Of a stretch of 64,000 nt of DNA, positions 1 to 9,282 are shown in pieces (the first letter of the stretch is position 1; each line of letters begins with the position of its first letter). The translations under genes and the position numbers were made by a program. This DNA is from Phormidesmis sp. (GTDB taxonomy: Bacteria > Cyanobacteriota > Cyanobacteriia > Leptolyngbyales > Leptolyngbyaceae): NCBI GenBank assembly GCA_965248535.1, contig CBDFJR010000005.1, positions 928,001 to 992,000 of the forward strand, written 5' to 3'. A model generated the notes under the pieces. It searched no databases, had not been told where the DNA came from, and was given only the letters and a program-made list of their open reading frames with translations.

Positions 1-76
1 TTGCAAACGCCTCGCCACTATAAGACTGAGAACACCTTCACCGATTGGTCAGGAACAAAGTCGGTTCCTTGTCCCC
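1..76 (+). ncRNA. ssrS: Probable 3' half of 6S RNA (6Sa), cut by the window edge
   Basis: Non-coding, convergent with mutL. The pattern ..GCCACTATAAGACTGAGAACACC..CCGATTGGTCAGGAAC and the terminal AGGAAC/GTTCCT hairpin resemble cyanobacterial 6S RNA 3' ends as I recall them; needs an Rfam check. Confidence 0.5.
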
Positions 77-150
77 TTTCTCGCGCCGATGAGCGTCTGA
101 GTTGAGGATCGCTGAGAGTTTGACCAAGACGGACGGGTCAACTCTCAGGG

Positions 151-1839
151 TCAACTCTCAATGCCATGACTTTTGCCAATCACCCAATGGCGACGAAAGA
201 AGCGTGCCAGCGAGGTCTCTTCTAGAGAGAGATGAATCGGGCGACCGTGAGGGCAGGTGCGCGGGTTGCGAGTTTGCTGCCACTGATCTAACAGGGTTTG
301 CATCTCAGTCAGGCTGAGAGGCGTTCCATTGCGAATGGCGCTGCGGCAAGCGGTGGCAACTTGGGCAGATTGCAGATCACCTCCTAGGCTGAGTTCTAGC
401 AAGGCTTCGGCACAATCGTCTCGATCGACCAGCATTGCAGGCGCAGTCCGAACGGCCCAAAGTTGTTCACCAAAAGGCTCGATCGCTAACCCCAAACGCT
501 CTAACTGCTCAAGTTGAGCCGTTGATAAATGGTTGAGAATGATGGCAGGCTCTAACGACGTGAGTTGCCAGCGATCGCATACCTGTTCATAAAGCACTCG
601 TTCGTGAGCGATGTGTTGCTCGACCAGCCACATGCCTGCTGGGTGTTCTGCCAAGATATAGCGGTTGTGCACTTGAGCGATCGCCCGCACTGGAGACAAA
701 GCCGAAGTCTCTGTTGGGGGCTGATGCTGGATCGCTCGATCAACGGTGTAGCCTCCCTCTGATTCGGCGGTTTTAAGCAGTTTGCCAACGCGCTCTGAGT
801 AGAAAGGCTCAGACAGTGACTCAGGCTTGAGGCACAAGGTTTGCTCAATGGCCTCGGTGATCTGCCGTTGCCAATGGCTCAGGTGATGGAGATAAACGTC
901 TGCTTTGGCGGGGTGACGGTTCCAGTCAATGTGCGCGGGCGGCACCTGAAGATGCACTACACAGACGGGATGGCGCTCTCTCGGCAGAGTTTTCCGAAAG
1001 GCTGAAAAAATAGTCTGTTCTAACTCTGGTATGTCGATAAATCGACCGTTGATCGCGACTCGCACCCAGTCGGGGCGGTGCCGATGACAGCGATCGGGCA
1101 ACCCCAACAGCACATAGACCGCCGCTAAAGAGTCGCTTTCTTCAGAAACGGGCACCTCTAGAGTGGTTTCTTGCAAGTCTCCAATCTGCACGCCTCGCAG
1201 AATTTGGGGCAAGATTTTGCGAGCCGTGTCGCCCGCCCAAACGTTAAACCAGTCTCGATCGCTTTGCTGGACTTGCCAGGTGACTTGGGGGTGACTCAGC
1301 GCAATTTGATGAATGATGGACTGAACCGAGCGAATCTGCTGCGCGATCGGGGGCAACCCCTGCCGCCGGGCCAACCAATGGCCAAATAACTGATCGACTG
1401 TGACGATCGTGCCGGGCGCGATCGCGGCTGCCTCAATCTGAAGGGGTGATCCTTCCGGGCTATAAAGCAGTCGCCAGCCTTGAGTTGTCGCGACGGGACG
1501 GCTGATAATCTCTAGTTGCGATAGCTGTGACAGGCTGTGGAGCGCTTCGCCCCGAAAACCGAGGCTGCGAATATTCCACAGGTCTTGGCGATCGTGAATT
1601 TTGCTCGTGGTGTGGGGCAAGGCAGCTTGTTTTAGTGTTTCTAGATCCATGCCTGCTCCATTGTCGGCGACGCGCACGCGCCACTGGTCAGCCCAGAGCG
1701 ACACCATAATCCGAGTTGCCCCAGCGTCGATCGAGTTTTCTACCAATTCGCGCACCACGGCAGCCAGAGAGTCGATCACTTCTCCGGCCGCGATTAAATG
1801 CACGACTTCAGTAGGCAATGGCTGAATGTTAAACCCCAT
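151..1839 (-). CDS. mutL: DNA mismatch repair protein MutL
   Basis: IAAGEVI, VRELVENSIDA, GFRGEALHS, EQHIAHER and CPHGRP motifs. Confidence 0.97.
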   Translation of the reverse strand: MGFNIQPLPTEVVHLIAAGEVIDSLAAVVRELVENSIDAGATRIMVSLWADQWRVRVADNGAGMDLETLKQAALPHTTSKIHDRQDLWNIRSLGFRGEALHSLSQLSQLEIISRPVATTQGWRLLYSPEGSPLQIEAAAIAPGTIVTVDQLFGHWLARRQGLPPIAQQIRSVQSIIHQIALSHPQVTWQVQQSDRDWFNVWAGDTARKILPQILRGVQIGDLQETTLEVPVSEESDSLAAVYVLLGLPDRCHRHRPDWVRVAINGRFIDIPELEQTIFSAFRKTLPRERHPVCVVHLQVPPAHIDWNRHPAKADVYLHHLSHWQRQITEAIEQTLCLKPESLSEPFYSERVGKLLKTAESEGGYTVDRAIQHQPPTETSALSPVRAIAQVHNRYILAEHPAGMWLVEQHIAHERVLYEQVCDRWQLTSLEPAIILNHLSTAQLEQLERLGLAIEPFGEQLWAVRTAPAMLVDRDDCAEALLELSLGGDLQSAQVATACRSAIRNGTPLSLTEMQTLLDQWQQTRNPRTCPHGRPIHLSLEETSLARFFRRHWVIGKSHGIES

Positions 1840-1866
1840 CCCTCTAGTGTATCGAATTGATTAATC

Positions 1867-2414
1867 TTGTTCTGCATGAACTGGCTTCTTATGATCAAAT
1901 CGAACAGTTACGCAATCATCAAATCGATATTGGCTTTTTCCATAAACACAACTTACAAAACGCTTAAAGAGGATAGCGAGTCTTTTTCTGACACTCTGGT
2001 TCTTCATGAATCACTCGTGCTTGTCCTCCCGGAGAAGCATTTCTTAGCTAAAAAGACGAGTGTTTCACTCGCAGAGCTTAACGGCAAGGAGTTTGTTCTA
2101 CCACCGCACACCTTACTTCGTGGCTTACGCGATAAAATTGATCAACTTTGCATCAGCGCTCACTGTAAGCCAGTCATTGTTTAAGAGGCAGCCTGGATAA
2201 CAACTGTGTTGAGTTTGGTCGCTAGGGATGGGTGTTTCAGTGCTTCCAGCTAATGTGAAAAACCTTCGACGGACTGGGTCGTTTACCGCGATATTCAAGA
2301 ATTCTCTCCAGTGTTAGAAATTGTTGCTGTTAGGAGAACTCACAATCAGTCAACCGTTCTAAGGAATTTCCTCGAAGTTGTTGAGGACTTATCCAAGTAC
2401 ACTCACCGCTTCTA
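1867..2414 (+). pseudogene. LysR-family regulator, substrate-binding domain fragment
   Basis: LHESLVLVLPEKHFLAKK..SLAEL, an in-frame TAA at 2182-2184, then EAAWITTVLSLVA / MGVSVLP..VVYRDI..LRNFL across frameshifts; no HTH domain. Confidence 0.8.
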
Positions 2415-2753
2415 AGAAATGGACTTTTAGGTCTCCGATCGCGTCAGCGATATGATGAAGTTATCCACTTCACGGGACAGGGGGACTGTTTGGATGATTC
2501 AGGTTGAATTTACTGAGCAGATGATTGAGGAGTTGAAGTACTAACGCGCATTTGAACTTAATCGAACGGTTATGGCGATTTGTGCGTAAAGAATGTTTGT
2601 ACTCTAGATATTATGCTGATTTCTCTGCCTTTAGAAGGGCCATTTCAACCTTGATGGACACAGCGCACATCAACAAACACGAGCAGCTCAAAAGCCTGAT
2701 GAGTTGGCAGTTTCAGTCCTTTAAGAAAGTCCAATTCTTAGCCGAGTAGGGTA
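2398..2753 (+). mobile_element. Internally deleted IS630-family element (356 bp)
   Basis: Imperfect TIRs: CTAAGAAATGGACTTT (2412-2427) vs AAAGTCCAATTCTTAG (2726-2741), with TA at both ends. Transposase N-terminus MIQVEFTEQMIEELKY (2494) abuts the C-terminal LNLIERLWRFVRK motif (2552-2749). Confidence 0.8.
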
Positions 2754-2838
2754 CATCAGGGTAATTAGCCTCAATTTTTCAGGTACTACAACACTCAATC
2801 AAAAAGCTTGAATACCCTGCTCACACTGGATTTCGGCG

Positions 2839-2926
2839 ACATAACGACCCCGTTCACCCGCCGCTAGGAACCTTTTGGACTCACCGACTCACTTGATACG
2901 GTCGGTGTGCAACGGGATTGTCATTC
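2839..2926 (-). other. attC-like recombination site 5 (one core degenerate, GTC instead of GTT)
   Basis: ACATAAC-GACCCCGTTCACCCGCCG...CGGTCGGTGTGCAACGGGATT-GTCATTC; arms nearly identical to 6944-7031; lies 7 bp past the stop of the 2934-3245 gene. Confidence 0.8.
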
Positions 2927-2933
2927 GATGCTT

Positions 2934-3245
2934 CTACTCAATTTTGGATTGTCTCCAGTGCTTCATCTCCTCATCAGTAAAGTGACTAACTAAATCCCGA
3001 TACATTTTTTCAATTGCATCTGCATTTAATCCTTCCTCTTCTGCCCAGACTCGACGCTGCCCTAACATTGCGTGAAAGCGTTCAGGTGCTTTAACGGTAG
3101 TTTCACTCGTCTTGAATTTAGAGGCAGCTTTGACATATGCGAAACGCTGACCAAGTAGAGCAACAACTTGACGATCTAACCGATCAATTTCGGCTCGAAT
3201 ATCCGCCATATTTCCACATTGATTAGGTGTCTTCATAGTTTGCAA
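2934..3245 (-). CDS. Chorismate mutase / isochorismate-pyruvate lyase (PchB-like)
   Basis: MKTPNQC..MADIRAEIDRLDRQVVALLGQRF.YVKAASKFK..APER..ML..RR.WA. Confidence 0.88.
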   Translation of the reverse strand: MQTMKTPNQCGNMADIRAEIDRLDRQVVALLGQRFAYVKAASKFKTSETTVKAPERFHAMLGQRRVWAEEEGLNADAIEKMYRDLVSHFTDEEMKHWRQSKIE

Positions 3246-3364
3246 AGTTGAGTGATGAGGCTAGTTTTCAACTTGAATCGAGAGTTCACACAACACTGGA
3301 AAATTCACCTGTGTTTTGAAGACTACCCCAACCCGCAAACTTCGCCTTCATGAAGTTCGGGGCA

Positions 3365-3697
3365 TTATGATAAAGCAAGCAGCGATAAACTTTCATCTGC
3401 ATGAAATAATTTGATCGCTTCAAAACTCTGACGTATAAAATTCTCAACTTGCCATGTTGAACAGTTTCCCAAGCGAAGCCAAATAACTTTTGGTGGATTG
3501 CCAAATACTAAGCTCAAATCGTGCATATCCGCCTCTTTTGAGACAATCATCAAATCGTTGTCTTTTGCATAATTCCAAACGATTGGATCGATTGTTGCCT
3601 TCATTCCCACATCTCGAACCTGAAGCGAATTTAGGAAAAGATCGTCCAGACGGTTCGGTAACTTTGGCGACAAGTTTTCATCAAAAAGTAATCTTAT
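3365..3697 (-). pseudogene. DUF5615 PIN-like toxin with mutated start codon (ATA)
   Basis: (I)RLLFDENLSPKL..IVSKEAD..GNPPKVIWLRLGNCST; the expected ATGA overlap with the upstream antitoxin reads ATAA. Confidence 0.75.
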
Positions 3698-3924
3698 GCA
3701 GATAATGGAGGAATCATTAACCGACGCTCACGGGCAGCAGCATAAGCAATACAGGCTTTTAAGTCTTCCCGCGTCAGATCGGGAAAATCGTCAAGAATTT
3801 CTGCTTCAGTCATCTCGGAAGCTAGGTGCTAGAGTACCTCATAAACCGTAATTCTTAAACCACGTACACAAGGTTTCCCACCCCGTTTATCAGATTCAAT
3901 TGTGATAAAGTTTTGGTAGCTCAT
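3694..3924 (-). pseudogene. DUF433 antitoxin with internal stop
   Basis: Hand translation: MSYQNFITIESDKRGGKPCVRGLRITVYEVL*HLASEMTEAEILDDFPDLTREDLKACIAYAA. Confidence 0.85.
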
Positions 3925-4084
3925 AGTTAAAATCACCTTCATTAAATAGCTCTATTATAAGGCTTCGTCAGTCACAATCAGCACCAACAGAGGCTTTTTA
4001 GACTACTGCCCCAACCAACAGCCTGAGCCGCTGAACGTTCCGGTTGAGCGGTGACAAACCGAACTGGAACGAAGTGCAAAAGCT

Positions 4085-4622
<538 letters not shown>

Positions 4623-4640
4623 TTAGCAGTTAATTCTTCC

Positions 4641-4883
4641 TCAGTTAGCTTCAGGATAAGTTTCCTCTTTACGTATGACTTTAGCAAAACGTCCTGAAGT
4701 CCGCTCAAACAGAACGTCAAATTCACTATTTGGCATCCTCAAATCAATCGGAACTTCTTGAACAGGAAGTACTTCTTGACCGCCATCGTCCGCCAGTCCA
4801 ATACCAGCACAGAGAATTACCGTAATTTCTCCGTCTCGCAAACAGCCCAGAACTCTTGCTGGATAACGCCAGTATTTAGACAT
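4641..4883 (-). CDS. Small hypothetical cassette protein
   Basis: 80-aa ATG ORF, first in its cassette, same strand as its neighbours. Confidence 0.6.
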   Translation of the reverse strand: MSKYWRYPARVLGCLRDGEITVILCAGIGLADDGGQEVLPVQEVPIDLRMPNSEFDVLFERTSGRFAKVIRKEETYPEAN

Positions 4884-4954
4884 TTTCGGCAGCCCAAAAT
4901 ACTTGAAACTTACAAGCAGCTTCTAAACCACTAGCACAACCCGTAAACGAAGCA

Positions 4955-5740
4955 GGCTAACGCATTGTTGTGCGGCGGCAGATAAGCTTGGACTCTCACC
5001 GATAAGCTCTGTTCCGTCCGCACCAACGCATTGTGTACGCCCAGCATGGGTGTGAACTAATGGGGTGAAAGTCCCCTGTCGGAGAACCAACGTCCAAATG
5101 ATCCCAAAAGATCCGAGTGACGACAACGACTAGCTTAAGGTAAGGGCGTTTCCGCGAGGAAGGGTCTGAAGGAAGCCAGCGGCAAATCTGCGAGCTGACG
5201 GACAGAAACGTCATAGAAGGCTGAGATTCCTGTGGCAAGTGAGCACAACATCATGAAGCCTTTTGGTTCAGGGAACACAGTAAATGACGCAGTTGTGCAG
5301 AGACAGTTCACGTTCTTATCTGGGGAGATCTGCTCAAAGGGCGGTCTGAGGGTCTACGGGAGTCTGATTGAGGTCTAGCGGGAAACGGCTAGGGAGCCAC
5401 GGAACCCTAAGGACATTCAGGCAGCGTGAGTCATGGCAACAGGACTCATGATTGAGCAGAAGTCAGCAGAGGTCATAGTAGCCAAACACTCACCGTAATG
5501 GGTGAGACAGGGTGAAGGGCTGAACCTTAGAAAGCAGGGAGGAGTTGCAAAGCTCGACTGGGCGATGAACCCGAACGGGGGAGCTATTTTGTCGGCGCTT
5601 AACTGCACAACCAGCCCTGGATATTCAGTTCTATTGAACTGGCTTGTCTAAAACTTTTCTGGGGACGCGCCCCGTGCGGAGCCGCACGCGGGGTGCCGTG
5701 GGGACTGGGGGAGAAAATCCCCTGGTTACCCGATTGGGCT
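4955..5740 (-). other. attC-like site 3, interrupted by a group II intron
   Basis: GGCTAAC-GCATTGTTGTGCGGCGG...CCGTCCGCACCAACGCATT-GT (4955-5034) plus TGGGC (5735-5739); removing 5035-5734 restores GTTGGGC. Confidence 0.85.
5035..5734 (+). mobile_element. ORF-less group IIC (IIC-attC type) intron
   Basis: 5' end GTACGCCCAGCATGGG; motifs GGGGTGAAAGTCCC, CAGAAGTCAGCAGAGGTCATAGTA and GAAGGGCTGAAC; short domain V with CGC triad (about 5666-5697); domain VI ending ACCCGAT; no RT ORF. Confidence 0.88.
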
Positions 5741-5746
5741 GCGCCG

Positions 5747-6130
5747 CTACATGACGCTGACTGGATAAGCACGGACTGCTGCATCTACCGTCGCAATGGT
5801 CAAGCCGTTTTGTAATGCTTGGCAGATTAGCATCCTGTCAAATGGATCACGATGTAATGGCGGCAGTTTAGCCAGTTGAAGCACACTATTTTCATTAAGG
5901 TCAAGACTGGCAATCTGATGAAGATTGCGCTGTTTGGGCAAATACGTTTCGGGATGCTCCGGCAAAGGTAGCTTGCCCAACTGATATTTGACAATCGCTT
6001 CCCAGACTGAAATTGCGCTTAGATAGACCTCGTTGTCTGGATCGCGAATGGCATCTCGAACATCTGGTAACAACTGGGTATCCCCACTGATGAACCACAA
6101 GAAGATATGTGTATCCAGCAGAATTCTCAT
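5747..6130 (-). CDS. vapC: VapC PIN-domain toxin
   Basis: MRILLDTHIFLW..S..SVWE..K..LGKL..HRDPFDRMLICQA. Confidence 0.93.
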   Translation of the reverse strand: MRILLDTHIFLWFISGDTQLLPDVRDAIRDPDNEVYLSAISVWEAIVKYQLGKLPLPEHPETYLPKQRNLHQIASLDLNENSVLQLAKLPPLHRDPFDRMLICQALQNGLTIATVDAAVRAYPVSVM

Positions 6131-6366
6131 TTGCCCTCAAATGCACGGAGAAGATCTTCCGGCAAAGGAGCATCGAAATTATCTGGCACGGTAAACGCTC
6201 CTGCACACAAACCGAATGGTCGCAGCTGCTTACCGCTTGATGAGATCGGTCTTAATTCGGCGATCGCTTTATCTGCTTGAACAATCACAATTGTTTGACC
6301 TGCCTCCACTTGGCGCAGATACTTTGAAGGATCGCGCTGAATTTCATCAACTGTCACACTTAGCAT
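6127..6366 (-). CDS. Phd/YefM-family antitoxin
   Basis: YLRQVEAGQTIVI..IAELRPI..RPFGL..VPDNFDAPLP; 4-bp overlap with vapC. Confidence 0.9.
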   Translation of the reverse strand: MLSVTVDEIQRDPSKYLRQVEAGQTIVIVQADKAIAELRPISSSGKQLRPFGLCAGAFTVPDNFDAPLPEDLLRAFEGK

Positions 6367-6374
6367 AAAAAGCC

Positions 6375-6854
6375 TCAGTATAAGCTCAAGGGATAATACT
6401 CTGCTTGATTCAATTGTATATGATGAGTCGTATGCTCCCAGCTAGGATGCGTCTTGAATCCCAACTTCTGATAAAACTCGGCGGCGGCTGGGGTATCGGT
6501 TCGCAACGTCAATAGTTGGTAATGCTGCTTGGCTACGTGAATAAGCTGAGTGACCAGCAAACGTCCCACTCCACGCTTCCGCCAAACTGCCTCAACATAC
6601 AAGTGTCGCAATCTACCAACTTTAGAATCATTCAAATATGGATCTTGATTCAGCCCACCGATTCCAACTATCGCACCGTGTACCGAAGCTGTAAGTAGGA
6701 TTTCACCAGACCGATCAAAGCAATTTAAACCACTACGGTACTCTCGAATCAGTCTTTCAACGAACCAAAACCCCTGGGATAAACTTTCCTCAGCGAGATG
6801 ATGAATTGATTTTGAGTCAAGCTCTGAAATGTGAGCGATCACAATCTGTTGCAT
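6375..6854 (-). CDS. GNAT N-acetyltransferase
   Basis: GIGGLNQDPY..GRLRHLYV..WRKRGVGRLL..FYQKLGF; start placed at ATG 6854 because the longer ORF runs into the attC. Confidence 0.88.
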   Translation of the reverse strand: MQQIVIAHISELDSKSIHHLAEESLSQGFWFVERLIREYRSGLNCFDRSGEILLTASVHGAIVGIGGLNQDPYLNDSKVGRLRHLYVEAVWRKRGVGRLLVTQLIHVAKQHYQLLTLRTDTPAAAEFYQKLGFKTHPSWEHTTHHIQLNQAEYYPLSLY

Positions 6855-6943
6855 GAGCCTTGAGAGAATATTGCAAGATTCGATCTTAGCTTTGAATCCC
6901 GACAAGTAAAACTGAAAGACAATCACAGCCAAAAATTCAAGCA

Positions 6944-7031
6944 GCCCAACGACCCCGTTCACCCACCGCTAGTAAACTATCGGATTTACCAACCAACTTC
7001 ATTCGGTCGGTGTGCAACGGGATTGTTATGC
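6944..7031 (-). other. attC-like recombination site 2
   Basis: GCCCAAC-GACCCCGTTCACCCACCG...CGGTCGGTGTGCAACGGGATT-GTTATGC; 6 bp past the stop of the 7038-8249 gene. Confidence 0.88.
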
Positions 7032-7037
7032 GGTACT

Positions 7038-8249
7038 TCATGTTGCTGATTTAATGTTATCTATTCCAGAATCGGGATGATGAAAGCCACTTGTATCTAA
7101 TGCTGGAATAAGAGTGTAGCCATTATCGTTAAGTATTCCCTTTGCACGTGAAGGCTGAATATATCCTTTGCCATTCATAAAAGTGAAACCATGACAGTTG
7201 TATTCTGGAGTAAGAAGTTCAACTTGCCGAGGTTTCATATTAGGAGGAAAGGTCATCTTTAGATAGGCTTCTGTTCTCTCTTTCTCACCAGGTTCAGCCC
7301 TAAGCCCACTTTTCTGAATAGCAGTTGACCACGCTACAGCATTACCATTTGTTTCATCAAGAGTCCCATCCTGCTTTACTGCGGCATCTGTAAAATAAGC
7401 ATCAACACAGATTATCGTCACACAATATCTCCCACTTCTCAATAGATTACTCCTACTACCATCTTTACGCTTTGCACGGTGTACAGTCCATGATTTTCCA
7501 TAGATACTGTAGTTTGGGTGATGAAGATATAGTCCTTGAGCGCCCCACTTACTCTTAATTTGAGCGACAGTGCCATCTGGATGAACGCCTGTGATGACAC
7601 CTGAGTGAGTAATCGTTCCATCACTTGCTCGATAAATTACAATATCTCCTTGCATCGGTAGAGATTTGTTTACTCTCGTCCAAGTAAAAGTGCCTTCGGT
7701 TACTATAGAACTAGTTGAGGGTTTACAGGAAATCTTGCCTTCTTTTATAGTATTTCCATCACTACTAATAGTCCCAGTATACGTATTAGTATATCCCCAG
7801 CCCACACTTGTTTCTCCAGCCGTTTCAGTAAACTCAACAGTATTATCAGAGTTAACTTTACCTGAGAAGAAATAAGTCAAACTGCCACCTGTCCAAACAA
7901 CCTTACGAGGAGAACTTTTAAGCTGACTACCATCCTGGGTGATCACTATTTCGGATGACTCCCTTCCAGTTTTACCACCAATAGAAGTCACCGAAGGACT
8001 ACCGGGATTACAGCGATCTCTAGTTACCGTAAATCCATCTCGATCGTTTATCCAAGTACCGGTCAAGTCTACATTGCGTGGCACAGACGCAATGTAGACT
8101 TCATCTTTAGGTAAGAAACTATAATAATTGGCTGAACTAAAGCCAAGAAGACCACAGAGGAAAACAGCGATCGTCTTTCGCCAAAAAGCTGTGCTGACAA
8201 CAAGCAGAGAAGTTAGGAGAAAAACTAAAATAAAGCGTAACTGTCGCAT
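7038..8249 (-). CDS. Secreted/membrane-anchored protein with putative papain-like Cys-His domain
   Basis: Hydrophobic N-terminus, beta-rich DLTGTW domain, GDIVIY..ITHSG..SKWG and YNCHGF motifs. Confidence 0.7.
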   Translation of the reverse strand: MRQLRFILVFLLTSLLVVSTAFWRKTIAVFLCGLLGFSSANYYSFLPKDEVYIASVPRNVDLTGTWINDRDGFTVTRDRCNPGSPSVTSIGGKTGRESSEIVITQDGSQLKSSPRKVVWTGGSLTYFFSGKVNSDNTVEFTETAGETSVGWGYTNTYTGTISSDGNTIKEGKISCKPSTSSIVTEGTFTWTRVNKSLPMQGDIVIYRASDGTITHSGVITGVHPDGTVAQIKSKWGAQGLYLHHPNYSIYGKSWTVHRAKRKDGSRSNLLRSGRYCVTIICVDAYFTDAAVKQDGTLDETNGNAVAWSTAIQKSGLRAEPGEKERTEAYLKMTFPPNMKPRQVELLTPEYNCHGFTFMNGKGYIQPSRAKGILNDNGYTLIPALDTSGFHHPDSGIDNIKSAT

Positions 8250-8456
8250 GATTCAAGCCTATTGATAGAATGAGATGCCTTAGAAGCTGCTGAGATAAGA
8301 GTTATAAAATCAAGACTCAACCTCACTCTGCTGTATAGAACAGGAGATAAAATGAATCAGCTTATTAACATAAGCTCTGCAATTTAGGAAATGATTGCTC
8401 TCTAGGAGTAACTGAATCAAAGTAGAATTACTACCTTGGAAACCTTGTAATACCAA

Positions 8457-9005
8457 TCACCAGTCCTTCCTTGGAAACTCAAGATCATGTGTTGCATGGC
8501 TTGGATCTTTGTCTAGATATCTTTGTTGTTTTATTCGTAAGTCATTTTCCCTAGATGGCTCATCAGTCCTCAATTGACTATCCTCTCCACTTTTAGAGTT
8601 TCCCCCTCCCATGTTTCTAAGCATAAAAATCAAGCCTGAGGACAGGAAAGAGAACGGCTGCTTCAGAAAAGTTTTAACTATTGCTCCAAGAATATTAGCT
8701 GGAGATGGTTCAATGTTTTCATAAATTAGGCTTTGCCTTATGAAATAGACAACAAACACAATAGCAGCTAGTAGCCCAATCCAATGCCAATTAGCCCATG
8801 CCTGGATAATCAGAAAGATATAGAAAATCCAACGTGTTTTGTCGCTAAATGAGCTTAATACCCAGAGACCAATAACAAAAAATGCAGCGACAACATTACC
8901 GTGTGGAGCAAAGGCGTTATAAATTACGCTGTACACAACTAATGCGACAGCAGCGCCAATATGCAGGTTTCTTCGTATGATTTTCATGATTAGGTAGGTA
9001 AACAA
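8457..9005 (-). CDS. Hypothetical membrane protein
   Basis: Several hydrophobic segments and a charged tail; start uncertain. Confidence 0.65.
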   Translation of the reverse strand: MFTYLIMKIIRRNLHIGAAVALVVYSVIYNAFAPHGNVVAAFFVIGLWVLSSFSDKTRWIFYIFLIIQAWANWHWIGLLAAIVFVVYFIRQSLIYENIEPSPANILGAIVKTFLKQPFSFLSSGLIFMLRNMGGGNSKSGEDSQLRTDEPSRENDLRIKQQRYLDKDPSHATHDLEFPRKDW

Positions 9006-9190
9006 ACGCTAGTTTGACTGGTATCAAGAAAAAATTATTCGGCTTGATTCTGATGTCACGGAACCGATAGCAGGTGTGTTCTTCAATACAAAGTTCCTCA
9101 ATTTTCATCTAGCTGTCTGAGCATCTATGAGATTGAGTTTGGGCAGCGACAGATAAGCATCAATAACTGCCCCCACCGATAACTTAAGAC

Positions 9191-9275
9191 GCATAACGGT
9201 TGCAATCACCGGACTCAGATATCTTCTGCTAGCACCAGTATGCTTCAAAGTTCCGGTGCATTGCGATGGTTAGCT
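9191..9275 (-). other. attC-like recombination site 1
   Basis: GCATAAC-GGTTGCAATCACCGGA...TCCGGTGCATTGCGATG-GTTAGCT; 7 bp past the stop of the 9283-10599 gene. Confidence 0.88.
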
Positions 9276-9282
9276 TTCGCTT

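Noticed and set aside
112..160. 13-bp tandem duplication GGGTCAACTCTCA plus an inverted copy at the mutL stop
   Set aside because: Most simply a terminator hairpin with a local slippage duplication.
3250..3365. Expected attC between the chorismate mutase gene and the DUF5615 gene
   Set aside because: No convincing palindrome or paired cores; if there was one, it has eroded.
4923..5784. Short ORFs overlapping the intron
   Set aside because: Antisense shadows of structured intron RNA; no RT motifs.
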